Assembly: GCA_963790305.1 (NCBI GenBank)
Contig: CAWBOC010000006.1
Coordinates: 160,001 to 224,000, forward strand
Origin: an uncultured Gemmatimonadaceae bacterium
GTDB taxonomy: Bacteria; Gemmatimonadota; Gemmatimonadetes; Gemmatimonadales; Gemmatimonadaceae
Direction of reading: 5' to 3'
Length of the DNA: 64,000 bases
In this document: positions 1 to 10,516 of the stretch, one piece after another
Layout: the number at the start of each line of letters is the position of its first letter
How positions within the stretch are numbered: position 1 is the first letter of the stretch
Made by a program: the position numbers and the translations under genes
The notes under the pieces: generated by a model
Database searches by the model: none
The model's input: only the letters and a program-made list of their open reading frames with translations
Told to the model about the DNA's origin: nothing

Positions 1-861
1 GTCGATGGCGATGCGAGCTACGAGGCGCGTCCGGCCAAGAACCTCTCACTCGACATCACCATCGACTTTCCCCATCCCTTGATCGGCCGGCAATCGGGGG
101 CGTACGAGGTATCGCCAGGCAGCTTTGTTCGCGATCTTGCGGGGGCGCGAACGTTCGGCTTCGTGCGCGAGGTGGAACTGCTACGAACGATGGGGCTCAT
201 TCGCGGCGCGACCACCGCGAATGCCATCGTCCTGGACGACGAAAGGGTAGTCGACGCGACGCTCCGGTGGCCTGACGAGTTTCTGCGACACAAGGCGCTG
301 GACTGTGTGGGCGACCTTGCGCTCGCGGGCCGGCGCGTGCGAGCGCACGTCACGGCGATCAAGCCGAGTCACCGCGGAACGGTGGCGCTGGTGCGAGAGA
401 TGATCAATTCCGCCGCGAAGGAGACGCGGATGTTCGACATCAACGACATCATGAAGGTACTGCCCCACCGGTACCCGTTCCTGTTCGTCGACCGGGTGCT
501 GGAGATGGAGGAGAAGAAGCGCATCGTCGCGATCAAGAACGTCACGATCAACGAGCCGTTCTTCCAGGGCCATTTCCCGGGGCATCCGATCATGCCCGGC
601 GTGCTCATCATCGAGGCGATGGCGCAGGTCGGCGGGATTCTCCTGATGGGGCTCGTCGACGATCCGCAAACGAAGGTCGTGTACTTCATTTCGCTGGACA
701 ACGTGCGGTTCCGGCGGCCGGTGCGCCCGGGCGATCAGCTGCGCTTCGAGTGCCAGGTCACACAGCTGCGCGGCGCGACGTGCAAGATGCACGGCGTCGC
801 CCGGGTGAATGGCGAAATTGCCGCCGAGGCCGACATGGGCGCGATGGTGCGCGACAAATGA
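1..861 (+). CDS. lpxC/fabZ: Bifunctional LpxC/FabZ (5'-truncated by window edge)
   Basis: Frame is open from base 1. LpxC motifs ARTFGF and [15 protein letters not shown] are fused in frame to FabZ motifs [11 protein letters not shown] and [23 protein letters not shown]. Confidence 0.95.
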   Translation, partial: VDGDASYEARPAKNLSLDITIDFPHPLIGRQSGAYEVSPGSFVRDLAGARTFGFVREVELLRTMGLIRGATTANAIVLDDERVVDATLRWPDEFLRHKALDCVGDLALAGRRVRAHVTAIKPSHRGTVALVREMINSAAKETRMFDINDIMKVLPHRYPFLFVDRVLEMEEKKRIVAIKNVTINEPFFQGHFPGHPIMPGVLIIEAMAQVGGILLMGLVDDPQTKVVYFISLDNVRFRRPVRPGDQLRFECQVTQLRGATCKMHGVARVNGEIAAEADMGAMVRDK

Positions 862-1634
862 GCGTGCGTGTGCATCCGAGCGCGATCGTCGCGCACGATG
901 CGCGCCTTGGCGAGGACGTCGAGGTGGGCCCATTCGCGATCATCGGCGAGGACTGCGAGGTCGGTGACGGATGCATCATCGCCGCTCGCGCGTCCCTCGA
1001 GCGGCACGTGCGTCTCGCCCGCAACGTCCGCATCGGCGTGGGCTCCGTGATCGGCGGCGACCCGCAGGATCTCAAGTTCAAGGGAGAGCCGACGACCGTC
1101 GAGATCGGCGAGGGCACCATCGTGCGCGAATACTCCACGATCAATCGCGGCACCTCGCAGTCGTGGAAGACGAGCGTGGGGAAGAGCAGCTTCATCATGT
1201 CGTACGTCCACCTCGCGCACGACTGTCACGTCGGCGATGGGGTCATTCTGGCGAATGGCGTCCAGCTCGCCGGGCACGTCACGGTGGAAGATCGCGCGAT
1301 CCTTTCCGGGCTCACCGCGGTGCACCAGTTCGTGCGCATCGGCACGCACTCGTTCGTCGGCGGCATGTCTCGCGTGGCCAAGGACATCCCGCCCTACCTC
1401 AAGGCTGTCGGAAATCCGGTGAAGCTCTACGGGCTGAACTCGGTGGGGCTTCAGCGAAACAACTTCGATCCGGAGGTCATTCGCGAGCTCAAGCGTGCCT
1501 ACCGGCTGTTTTTCCGTTCGGAGCTCAACGTGTCGCAGGCGCTCGAGCGCGCGCAGTCCGAGCTTTCCATGACGCCGGAGGTCAAGCACTTCCTCGGATT
1601 CGTGGACAACAGCCAGCGCGGAGTGGTGATCTGA
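858..1634 (+). CDS. lpxA: UDP-N-acetylglucosamine acyltransferase
   Basis: Hexapeptide repeats, [42 protein letters not shown] overlap with fabZ. Confidence 0.95.
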   Translation: MSVRVHPSAIVAHDARLGEDVEVGPFAIIGEDCEVGDGCIIAARASLERHVRLARNVRIGVGSVIGGDPQDLKFKGEPTTVEIGEGTIVREYSTINRGTSQSWKTSVGKSSFIMSYVHLAHDCHVGDGVILANGVQLAGHVTVEDRAILSGLTAVHQFVRIGTHSFVGGMSRVAKDIPPYLKAVGNPVKLYGLNSVGLQRNNFDPEVIRELKRAYRLFFRSELNVSQALERAQSELSMTPEVKHFLGFVDNSQRGVVI

Positions 1635-2629
1635 GCGCCGCGGTGCGCGTCGGCGTGATCGGCGCGGGAAGCCTTGGCCAGCATCACGTCCGACTCCTCC
1701 GCGACGTCGAGGGCGCGCGACTCGTCGGCTTCTGCGAGGTGCGGCCCGAGCGCGCGCAGCAGGTGAGCAGCGAGCTCGGTGTGCCGGCGATGCCCTCGCT
1801 GGAGGCCCTGCTGGACCAGGTCGATGCGGTGACGGTGGTGGTTCCGACGATCGGGCACCACGAGGTCGCGAAGGCAGCGCTCGAGCGCGGCATCCACGTG
1901 ATGATCGAGAAGCCGATCGCGGCAACCCTCGCCGAGGCCGACGACCTGGTGGCGGTGGCGAAGCGGACCGGCGCGTTGATTCAAACCGGGCACGTGGAGC
2001 GATTCAATCGGGCCATCCGCGCGCGCGCTCCCATTCATCGATACGCCGCGCTTCATCGAGAGCGATCGCCTCGCTCCATTCAATCCGCGCGGCTCCGACG
2101 TTGCCGTCGTTCTGGATCTCATGATCCACGACATTGACCTCGTGCGGACGCTCGTGGGCGGACACGTCGACGATCTCCAGGCGGTCGGCGTGCCGGTGCT
2201 GACTCCGTCCGTCGACATCGCGAATGCGCGCCTCACCTTCGACTCGGGCGCGGTCGCCAACATCACCGGCCAGCCGAGTATCGCGCGAGCGACTTCGGAA
2301 GATCCGGATCTTCCAGCGAACGGGATATCTCTCGCTCGATCTCGCGGCGGGAACCGGGCGAGTTCTACCGACTGCGCACCGACGTCGACTTCGCCGCGAT
2401 CGCGAAGGCGCCGCTCGCGCTCGAGGCGTTCGTCGAACGGGTCGTGCTGGAAGCACCAGACGGGGAGCCGCTGCGTCTCGAGCTCGAGAGCTTCATCGCG
2501 GCGGTGCAGGGAGCCACGCCCCTGGTCGTCTCCGGGGACGATGGGCGCGAGGCCCTGGCGGTTGCGCTGCGCATCAATCGCGAGATCGAGCGCACGCTGC
2601 CGTCGCTCGCGGGCGCTGGTCGTGCGTGA
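1631..2629 (+). CDS. Gfo/Idh/MocA NAD-dependent oxidoreductase (GnnA-like); about 3 apparent frameshifts
   Basis: GVIGAGSLG, HVMIEKP, GHVERFN and DLMIHDID pieced across frames (breaks near 2025, 2270, 2355). Start uncertain (CTG 1631 or GTG 1643). Confidence 0.85.
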
Positions 2630-3734
2630 GATTCTGTTCGTCGCCGGCGAGACGTCCGGTGACCTTCACGCCGCGGGGGTTGCGGCGGCCATCCGTCGCC
2701 GCGAGCCCGATCGGCCGCTGGCGGGAATCGGTGGCTCACGCATGCGGGACGCTGGCGTCACGCTGATCGAGGACGTCGAACGAATGGCGGTGATGGGATT
2801 CGTGGAGGTCATTCGCCACATTCCCCGCCATTGGATCCTGCTTCGCGCCCTTCGCGAACGACTCGATCGTCAGCAAACGGGGCTCGTCACGCTCATCGAC
2901 TACCCCGGATTCAACATGCGCGTCGCGGAGCGTGCTCGCGCGCGCGGCGTGCCTGTGCTGTACTACATCACGCCTCAGGTGTGGGCATGGGGCGCGGGTC
3001 GCTTGGCGAAGCTGTCGCGGTTGATCACGCGCGCCGCGGTGATCCTGCCGTTCGAGGAGGCCTTGCTGCGACAGCACGGGATCGACGCGACGTTCGTTGG
3101 TCATCCGCTGCTCGACCGCGCGAAGTCAATGCCGAATCGCCTCAGGCGGCGCGACAGGTCCTCGGTCTGCCTCACGACGCGCGCGTGCTGGCTCTCTTTC
3201 CGGGAAGCCGAGGCCAGGAGATCGCGCGGCATCTCGACGACTTCGTCGCTGTCGGACGCGAGCTTCAGCGTCGCGTGCCCGGTCTGCATGTGGTCGTGAG
3301 TGTCGCGCCGGGGATCGAGCTCGACCCGAGGGCGTGCCCGTTTCCCACCGTGCGTGGTGCATCGTTCGACGTGCTGCGAGCAGCCGACGCAGCGTTCTGC
3401 AAGAGCGGAACGTCAACGCTCGAGGCCGCCGTCGCGGGGTGCCCGTTGGCAATCGGGTATCGCACGAACCGCGTTACGTACGCCATTGCCTCACGAGTGG
3501 TAAAAGTGCCCTGGATCGGGCTCGTCAACGTCGTGGCGGGCCGGCTTGTCGCTCCGGAATTCGTTCAGGAACGAGCTCGTCCCCGTCCGCGTCGCTGACT
3601 CGCTCGAGCCTCTCCTCCATGAGACCGATGCGCGCCAGCGAATGCTCGGCGAGCTCGCGGACGTTCGCTCGCGACTGGGTTCGCCAGGGGCAGCGGACCG
3701 TGTTGCGGACATGGCATTGGGAATGACGCGGTGA
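2622..3734 (+). CDS. lpxB: Lipid-A-disaccharide synthase; 2 apparent frameshifts
   Basis: VAGETSGDLH, IDYPGFN, PQVWAW, FVGHPL, LFPGSR, KSGTSTLE; breaks near 3135 and 3575. Confidence 0.93.
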
Positions 3735-4414
3735 CCGACGATGCTCGCGCCCGGCGCCATGCGCGTCGCGTTCGCTGGGCAGCGCGCGCGGGAAGCGTCC
3801 TCTTTCGCGTGCTTGCGAGTACGTGGCGGCTTCGGGTCATCAATGCCGAGCCACATCGCGCGCTGCGCGCCAGCGGTCAGCCAGTGATCTATACGTTCTG
3901 GCACGGTACCATGCTTCCGCTGCTCTGGCAGCATCGGAAGGAGCGCGTTGCCATTCTCATCAGCGAGCACGGCGATGGAGAGATCATCGCGCGCATCGCA
4001 CACTCACTCGGATATCACTCGGTGCGCGGCTCGACGAGCCGCGGCGGCGAGCGAGCGATTCTCGGCACGGTGCGCGAGCTGGAGACGGGGCGTGACGTGG
4101 CGTTTACACCGGACGGGCCGCGCGGCCCGCGTGAGAGCTTTGCTCCGGGAGCGCTCGTCGTATCGCAGCGCACCGGTGCGCCCCTCGTGCTCATCACCGT
4201 CGATGCGCCGCGCGCGTGGCGCCTCACGAGTTGGGATCGCTTTCTCATCCCCAAGCCGTTCGCGCGCGTTACGATCGCCTATGAGGATCCGCTCCGTGTC
4301 GAGGCGCCGAACGCGAGAGCCGCCGCCGCTCAGGCCCCCGCCTGGCAGGAACGGCTGCGAAGCCTGGCGAGCCGATATCGTACGACCGCCATCGTTGCGG
4401 ACGCCCCACAGTGA
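3731..4414 (+). CDS. DUF374 / lysophospholipid acyltransferase-family protein
   Basis: FWHG, ISEHGDGE, VRGSTSRGG, TPDGPRGP, SWDRFLIPKPF; sits between lpxB and lpxK. Confidence 0.85.
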   Translation: MTDDARARRHARRVRWAARAGSVLFRVLASTWRLRVINAEPHRALRASGQPVIYTFWHGTMLPLLWQHRKERVAILISEHGDGEIIARIAHSLGYHSVRGSTSRGGERAILGTVRELETGRDVAFTPDGPRGPRESFAPGALVVSQRTGAPLVLITVDAPRAWRLTSWDRFLIPKPFARVTIAYEDPLRVEAPNARAAAAQAPAWQERLRSLASRYRTTAIVADAPQ

Positions 4415-5445
4415 TGCACGCTCGGAAGCTCGAGCATCTCTGGTGGGGAACCGGCCTCGGCGCACGCGCGGCGCGCATGGCCCTTTTGCCCGCCTCGATC
4501 CTGTATCGCGTGGCATCGGGTATTCACGCCGGGCTGTACCGGTCCGGGCTTCGCCGCGCGCGCCCGCTGGCGCTGCCCGCGATCAGCGTGGGGAACCTTA
4601 CCGTCGGCGGGACGGGTAAGACCCCCGTGGCCGCGTGGATCGCGTCGTTACTGGCGCGGCAGGGTGCCCACCCCGCGATCGTCATGCGAGGCTACGGCGA
4701 GGATGAGCCGCTCGTTCACGAGCGACTGAATCCGGACGTACCCGTCGTGGTGTCGCCCGACCGCGTTCGCGGCGCCGAGCGCGCGTCGACGCTCGGTGCG
4801 GACATCGTCGTGCTCGACGACGCCTTTCAGCATCGCCGTGCGGCCCGCGAGGCAGACCTCGTGTTGCTCAGCGCCGATCGTTGGGCCTCGGCTCCTCGCC
4901 TCCTCCCGGCGGGCCCGTGGCGCGAGCCTCTGTCGGCGTTGCGACGCGCCTCAATGGTGCTGGTGACACGAAAGGCCGCGTCCCCGGCGGCGGCAAGCGC
5001 CGTCGCCGACACCATTCGCCACCGATTCCCCGGCATCGCCGTCGGCGTAGCAGCACTCGCGTTGCAGGAGCTTCGCGCCGCTACGGGCGAGAGCACGATG
5101 CCGCTGGAGGCATTGGCCGGTACACGAACGCTGGCGATCGTCGCGATCGGCGACCCGTCGGCGTTCCTTCGCCAGCTCGCGTCGACCGATGCCACTGTGC
5201 GTGCGGCGGTGTTCCCCGATCATCACGCCTACACACATGCGGAGGTCGCTCGTCTGGCATCCATGATGGCGGCGGGCGAGATCGCTGTCTGCACGCTCAA
5301 GGATGCGGTCAAGCTTGCGCCGCATTGGCCTCGCGAAGCGCCGCCGTTATGGTATGTTTCGCAGAGCGTCATGGTTGAGGAAGGGCGCGACGCCCTGGAC
5401 GCTTTGCTTGCGCGTGTGCTGGCCTCACGACCCGTTCAACCCTGA
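4411..5445 (+). CDS. lpxK: Tetraacyldisaccharide 4'-kinase
   Basis: [46 protein letters not shown]. Confidence 0.95.
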   Translation: MMHARKLEHLWWGTGLGARAARMALLPASILYRVASGIHAGLYRSGLRRARPLALPAISVGNLTVGGTGKTPVAAWIASLLARQGAHPAIVMRGYGEDEPLVHERLNPDVPVVVSPDRVRGAERASTLGADIVVLDDAFQHRRAAREADLVLLSADRWASAPRLLPAGPWREPLSALRRASMVLVTRKAASPAAASAVADTIRHRFPGIAVGVAALALQELRAATGESTMPLEALAGTRTLAIVAIGDPSAFLRQLASTDATVRAAVFPDHHAYTHAEVARLASMMAAGEIAVCTLKDAVKLAPHWPREAPPLWYVSQSVMVEEGRDALDALLARVLASRPVQP

Positions 5446-5476
5446 CCGCCCGGTCCAGCACTTCTCCCCGAATATC

Positions 5477-6784
5477 ATGGCTACCGACCTTCGCCTGCCC
5501 ACCGACAAGATCGTCCGTCCGGACAAGGACCGTTTTCTCAACGAGGACAACCCCTTCGAAGCGATGATGTCGCGCTTCGACCGGGCCGCGGAGCTGCTGG
5601 ATCTCGAGCCCGGACTCTACAAGGTCCTCCGGCATCCCGAGAAGCAGATCGTCGTCTCCGTTCCCGTTCTGATGGACAACGGCGAAGTGGAGGTGTTCAC
5701 CGGATATCGCGTCTTGTACAACACGTCGCGGGGACCGGCCAAGGGCGGGATCCGCTTCGACATGAACGTCACGCTCGAGGAAGTGAAGGCGCTTGCGGCG
5801 TGGATGACGTGGAAGTGCGCGGTGGTCAGTCTGCCCTTCGGAGGTTCGAAGGGCGGCGTCGTTTGTGACCCTCTCAAGATGAGCGTGGGCGAGCTGGAGC
5901 GGCTCACACGCCGATATACAGCGGGGATCATATCCACGCTCGGCCCGGACAGTGACGTTCCGGCGCCGGACGTAAACACCAACGAGCGTGTGATGGCGTG
6001 GGTGATGGACACGTACTCCATGCACGTGCGGCATACCGTCACCGCTGTCGTCACCGGAAAGCCCGTGGAGATGGGCGGCTCGCTCGGTCGTCGCGAGGCG
6101 ACGGGCCGCGGGTGCATGATCGTCACCAAGGAGGCGCTCCGTCATCTGAAGATGTCGCTGACGGGAACGACGGTCGCCGTGCAAGGGTTTGGCAACGTGG
6201 GCTCGGTTGCAGCGGATCTGCTGGCGAAGGAAGGATGCAAGATCATCGCGATCAGCGACCGGACTGGTGGGTACCACAATCCGGCCGGCATCGACGTTCG
6301 GCACGCGATCGAGCACGTGAAGAAGCATCGGACCCTCGAGGGCTACATGGGGGGCGAGCGCATTACGAACGAGGAGCTCCTCACCCTTCAGGTGGATGTG
6401 CTGCTTCCGGCGGCGCTCGAGAACGTGATTACGTCGAAGAACGCGTCGAAGGTGCGGGCGAAGGTCATTTGCGAGGGCGCCAATGGGCCGACGTCGGCCG
6501 CCGCTGACGCGATTCTCGAGGAGAACGGTGTCTTCGTCATCCCGGACATCCTCGCGAATGCCGGGGGCGTCACCGTCTCCTACTTCGAATGGGTGCAGGA
6601 CCGTGGCGGCTATTTCTGGACGGAAGATGTCGTGAATCAGCGGCTCACCGAGATCATGTGTCGCTCGTTCGCGGACGTGCTCGATCTGTCTCGCCGGCAC
6701 AAAGTCAACATGCGAACCGCCGCGTACATGCTCTCCATCAGTCGCGTCGCGACAGTGCACCGGCTGCGCGGAATCTACGCCTAG
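5477..6784 (+). CDS. gdhA: Glu/Leu/Phe/Val dehydrogenase (glutamate dehydrogenase)
   Basis: [63 protein letters not shown]. Confidence 0.93.
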   Translation: MATDLRLPTDKIVRPDKDRFLNEDNPFEAMMSRFDRAAELLDLEPGLYKVLRHPEKQIVVSVPVLMDNGEVEVFTGYRVLYNTSRGPAKGGIRFDMNVTLEEVKALAAWMTWKCAVVSLPFGGSKGGVVCDPLKMSVGELERLTRRYTAGIISTLGPDSDVPAPDVNTNERVMAWVMDTYSMHVRHTVTAVVTGKPVEMGGSLGRREATGRGCMIVTKEALRHLKMSLTGTTVAVQGFGNVGSVAADLLAKEGCKIIAISDRTGGYHNPAGIDVRHAIEHVKKHRTLEGYMGGERITNEELLTLQVDVLLPAALENVITSKNASKVRAKVICEGANGPTSAAADAILEENGVFVIPDILANAGGVTVSYFEWVQDRGGYFWTEDVVNQRLTEIMCRSFADVLDLSRRHKVNMRTAAYMLSISRVATVHRLRGIYA

Positions 6785-6802
6785 CGCCAGGCCGGCGTCC
6801 GC

Positions 6803-7267
6803 ATGCGCTTCCTGATCGTCTCCGTGGGTCGGCCTCGCGATCGGACGCTGGCGGATGCCATTCGCGAGTACGAGACGCGCGCGGCTCGGTACTGGCCCCT
6901 CGAGACGAAGGAAGTGCGTGAAGAGTCCGCGCGCTCCGCCGCGCCGGCGCTGGTACGGGAGCGGGAAGGGCAGCGCCTGCTCGACGCATGCGAGGGTGCG
7001 GATGTGATCGCCTGCGACGAGACCGGGCCCCAGATGGCGTCCGCCGAGTTCGCAGGGTGGATGCGCGAGAAACGTGAGCGCGCCGAGCGGGACGTCGCAT
7101 TTCTCATCGGTGGAGCGTTCGGCCTTTCCGACATCGTGCGCACGCGCGCGCGCTCGACACTGGGCTTCTCGCGGTGGACGATGCCTCACGAGCTCGCACG
7201 GCTCGTTCTGGCCGAGCAGCTCTATCGGTCGGGCACCATTGTGCGGGGCGAGCCCTACCACAAGTGA
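6803..7267 (+). CDS. rlmH: 23S rRNA pseudouridine-1915 N3-methyltransferase
   Basis: SPOUT motifs FLIGGAFG and [29 protein letters not shown]. Confidence 0.93.
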   Translation: MRFLIVSVGRPRDRTLADAIREYETRAARYWPLETKEVREESARSAAPALVREREGQRLLDACEGADVIACDETGPQMASAEFAGWMREKRERAERDVAFLIGGAFGLSDIVRTRARSTLGFSRWTMPHELARLVLAEQLYRSGTIVRGEPYHK

Positions 7268-8854
7268 GCGAGGCGCGCGTCCTCACGCGGCCACTCGGCG
7301 GGTCTTTGCTCGCCGAGCTGGCGGCCCGCGCCGACGGCGGCGCGTTTTACACGCGACGTCCGCAGGGCGCTCAGGAGTGGCGCGCATACATCGAGGGAGT
7401 CCGCCGCGAGACCCCGGCCCATTGGTTGACCGCTCTCGCGCCGGCCATCGAGGCCAAGGGGATCGCCGCGGACCGACTCCAGCGTGTTGCCCGGGAAGGC
7501 GGGGTCGTCGTGACCACGGGACAGCAGCCGGGCCTGTTCGGTGGTCCCATCTACACGTGGTCCAAGGCCGTCTCAGCCCTCGCGCTCGCCGACGCGCTGG
7601 AAGACGCGACCGGGATTCCCGCAGCGCCGCTCTTCTGGGGCGCGACCGACGATGCCGACTATGCCGAGGCGAGCGTCACCTGGGTGGCGACACGGTCGGG
7701 GTTGCGCGAGTTGCGCCTTCCGCCGGCTGCACGCGAGGGCGTGAGCATGGCCGACCAACCGCTCGGAGACGTCGCGGCACTCCTCAGCGAGCTTGCCGTC
7801 GCCGCGGGCTCGGTTGCCTATGACGAGCCACTCTCGGCCGCGCGAGAGGCGTACGCGCCGAGCCACGACGGTCGGTGGCGCCTACCTCGTTCTCTTGCGG
7901 CGGATGCTCGAGCCGCTCGGCATCCCCGTGCTCGATGCCTCGCACGCGTCGGTGAGAGAGGCGTCGCGGCCAATTCTGGCGCTCGCGCTCCGTGAGGCGG
8001 CCCGCCTCGATGCAGCGCTCGTGAAGCGAGAGGCGGCGATCCGTGCCGCAGGCCACGAACCGCAGGTAAGCCACGTGCCTGGACTGTCTCTCGTCTTCGA
8101 GTACGAGAAGGGGGTCAAGCAGCGCGTGCCGGTGAGCCGCGCGAGCGAGGTCAGTCGCCAGCGTGAGGCGGTGCTCGGTCCGAACGTGCTATTGCGACCG
8201 ATTCTGGAGCGGGCGCTGATGCCGACGGTCGCCTACATGGCCGGACCGGGCGAGCTTGCGTACTTCGCGCAGGCAGGCGCACTGGCGGAAGTGCTGGACA
8301 CGCCGACGCCGCTCGCTCTGCCGCGATGGTCCGGCCTCATCGTCGAGCCGTACGTCGATCGCATCCTCGAGCGGTACGGGCTCACGAGTGATGATCTTCG
8401 CGAGCGGCACGACGTCGTGAGACGGCTCGTGGTGAAGCGAATGCCGAGCGGAGTCATGAAGGCGCTCGCGGACATGCGAGAAGTGACGCATCGTGCCATC
8501 GATGCCCTTCGCGCCGCGCTCGCTGAGGACCGCCGCTCACTCGTCGACAAGCGAGTCGTCGATGGCGCGGAGGGACAGCTCATGCACCGCGTGAACCGAC
8601 TCGAGCGACGCGTGCTGGCGGCGGCCAAACGCCGCGAGGTGGAGATCGTCGAGCACGTGGACGCGGCGCACGCCGCAATCTACCCGTTGGACGAGCCGCA
8701 GGAGCGCGTGTTGAACTTCCTTCCCATGCTGGCCCGCGAAGGCCCAACATTGTTCGAGGCTATGCGGCGTGAAGCGCGCCTCCACGCGGACTCGCTGATC
8801 GAGGCACCGAACGCGATCGAGCCTGATCCGCGGGCGGCGCCGATCGCCACGTGA
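7264..8854 (+). CDS. bshC: Bacillithiol biosynthesis protein BshC; 1 apparent frameshift near 7860
   Basis: VVTTGQQPGLFGGPIYT, PNVLLRP, YMAGPGELAYFAQ, PQERVLN. Confidence 0.88.
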
Positions 8855-10446
8855 CGGAGGCGGCGTCTCCGCCACCGCCGCCAGCACCTCCGGCCAGCGC
8901 ACGGTTCGCCGTGCTGGTCGGCGTCGGGATCCTCTTCAGCCGTCTATTCGGCCTCGTCAGGCAGCGCGTGCTTGCGCACTATCTTGGCCTTTCGAGCTCG
9001 GCCGATGCCTTCAGCGCTGGCTTTCGGATCCCCAATCTCCTGCAGAATCTGTTTGGTGAGGGAGTCCTCTCGGCATCGTTCATTCCCGTGTACTCGCGCC
9101 TGCTCGCGCGTGGGGAGCACGAGGAGGCTCGCCGCCTTGCCGGAGCGGTATTCGCGTTCCTCTCTCTGATCGTCGCGGTCGTCGTGCTCGCTGGTGTGCT
9201 TGTCACGCCGTGGCTCATTGACGTGATCGCGCCGGGATTCGAGGGCGAGAAGCGCATGCTCACGATTCGCATCGTGCGCGTGCTGTTTCCGGGGATGGGG
9301 TTGCTCGCGCTCTCCGCATGGTGTCTCGGCGTTCTAAACAGTCACCGCCGCTTTTTCTTACCGTACGTCGCGCCGGTGGTATGGAACGTCGCCATCATCG
9401 CGTCGCTGTTTCTTTACGCCGGCAGAGTTGCCAATGCAGAGCTGGCGGTCGTGGCGGCCTGGGGGTCCGTTGTCGGGAGTGCGCTTCAGCTCCTCGTGCA
9501 GCTTCCGGTCGTCCTCACGCTCGTGCGCGGCATGCGTCCGAGCTTCGAGCGCGGGTCGCACATACGAACGGTCGGACGCAACTTCGTGCCCGCGTTTCTC
9601 GGACGTGGCGTCGTGCAGATCGGCGCGTACGTCGATACGCTCATCGCGAGTCTCCTGCCCACCGGTGCGGTGGCGGCGCTGATGAATGCCCAGATGCTCT
9701 ACACGCTTCCGGTGAGCCTGTTCGGCATGTCGATATCGGCGGCGGAGCTGCCGGAGATGGCGAGCGACGTGGCGCGCGACGATGCGGTCGGCCATCGACT
9801 CGGCACCCGGCTGCAGACGGGGCTGCGCCGCATTGCGTTCTTTATCGTGCCGTCGGCCGCCGTGTTCCTCGCCCTGGGCGATGTCGTCGCGGCCGCACTG
9901 TTCGAGACGGGTGAATTCTCACGCGAGGACTCGCGGTTCGTGTGGGCATTACTCGCCGGTTCGGCGGTGGGGCTGCTCGCGTCCACGAGCGGCCGCCTCT
10001 ATTCATCCGCGTTCTATGCGCTGCATGACACGCGTACACCGCTTCGGTTCGCGGCCGTCCGCGTGACGTTCGGCGTCGTGCTGGCGGCAGCGCTGGCGCT
10101 GTTCGGACCCGGGTTGCTCGGACTCGCTCCTCGATGGGGCGCAGCGGGAATTACCGTGGCCTCTGGAATCGCGGCCTGGCTCGAGCTCGTGCTCCTTCGC
10201 TCCGCGCTCCGCGCTCGCCTTGGAGTCGACGAGCGGCTGACCGGCGTCGTCCTGAAGCTGTGGGCTTGTGCAGCCGTCGCGGCCGTAGCGGCATGGGGAG
10301 CAAAGATTCTGGTGAGCGATGCGCACCCGTGGGTGACAGCGGCCATCGTGCTCGGAACCTTCGGTGTGGTGTACTTGGCAATGACCGCCGCTGCCGGTAT
10401 CGAGCAGGCGCGGGCAGTGCTCGCCCGTGCGGTGCGCAGGCGGTAG
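8851..10446 (+). CDS. murJ: Lipid II flippase MurJ (MviN)
   Basis: SRLFGLVR, ADAFSAGFRIPNLLQNLFGEGVLSASFIPVY, AFYALHDTRTP; many hydrophobic segments. Confidence 0.93.
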   Translation: MTEAASPPPPPAPPASARFAVLVGVGILFSRLFGLVRQRVLAHYLGLSSSADAFSAGFRIPNLLQNLFGEGVLSASFIPVYSRLLARGEHEEARRLAGAVFAFLSLIVAVVVLAGVLVTPWLIDVIAPGFEGEKRMLTIRIVRVLFPGMGLLALSAWCLGVLNSHRRFFLPYVAPVVWNVAIIASLFLYAGRVANAELAVVAAWGSVVGSALQLLVQLPVVLTLVRGMRPSFERGSHIRTVGRNFVPAFLGRGVVQIGAYVDTLIASLLPTGAVAALMNAQMLYTLPVSLFGMSISAAELPEMASDVARDDAVGHRLGTRLQTGLRRIAFFIVPSAAVFLALGDVVAAALFETGEFSREDSRFVWALLAGSAVGLLASTSGRLYSSAFYALHDTRTPLRFAAVRVTFGVVLAAALALFGPGLLGLAPRWGAAGITVASGIAAWLELVLLRSALRARLGVDERLTGVVLKLWACAAVAAVAAWGAKILVSDAHPWVTAAIVLGTFGVVYLAMTAAAGIEQARAVLARAVRRR

Positions 10447-10516
10447 GGGTCGCCGCGGGCGTTATATTTCGTGAGGCGTCCGCATCGACGTGACGCGGAC
10501 CAGGCCGGCCATTGTC

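Noticed and set aside
1..861. LpxC-FabZ fusion as a novelty
   Set aside because: This fusion is already well known, for example in Bacteroidota and Chlorobi.
5369..7261. 630-aa minus-strand ORF opposite gdh/rlmH
   Set aside because: It is an antisense shadow of well-conserved genes in high-GC DNA and has no independent motifs.
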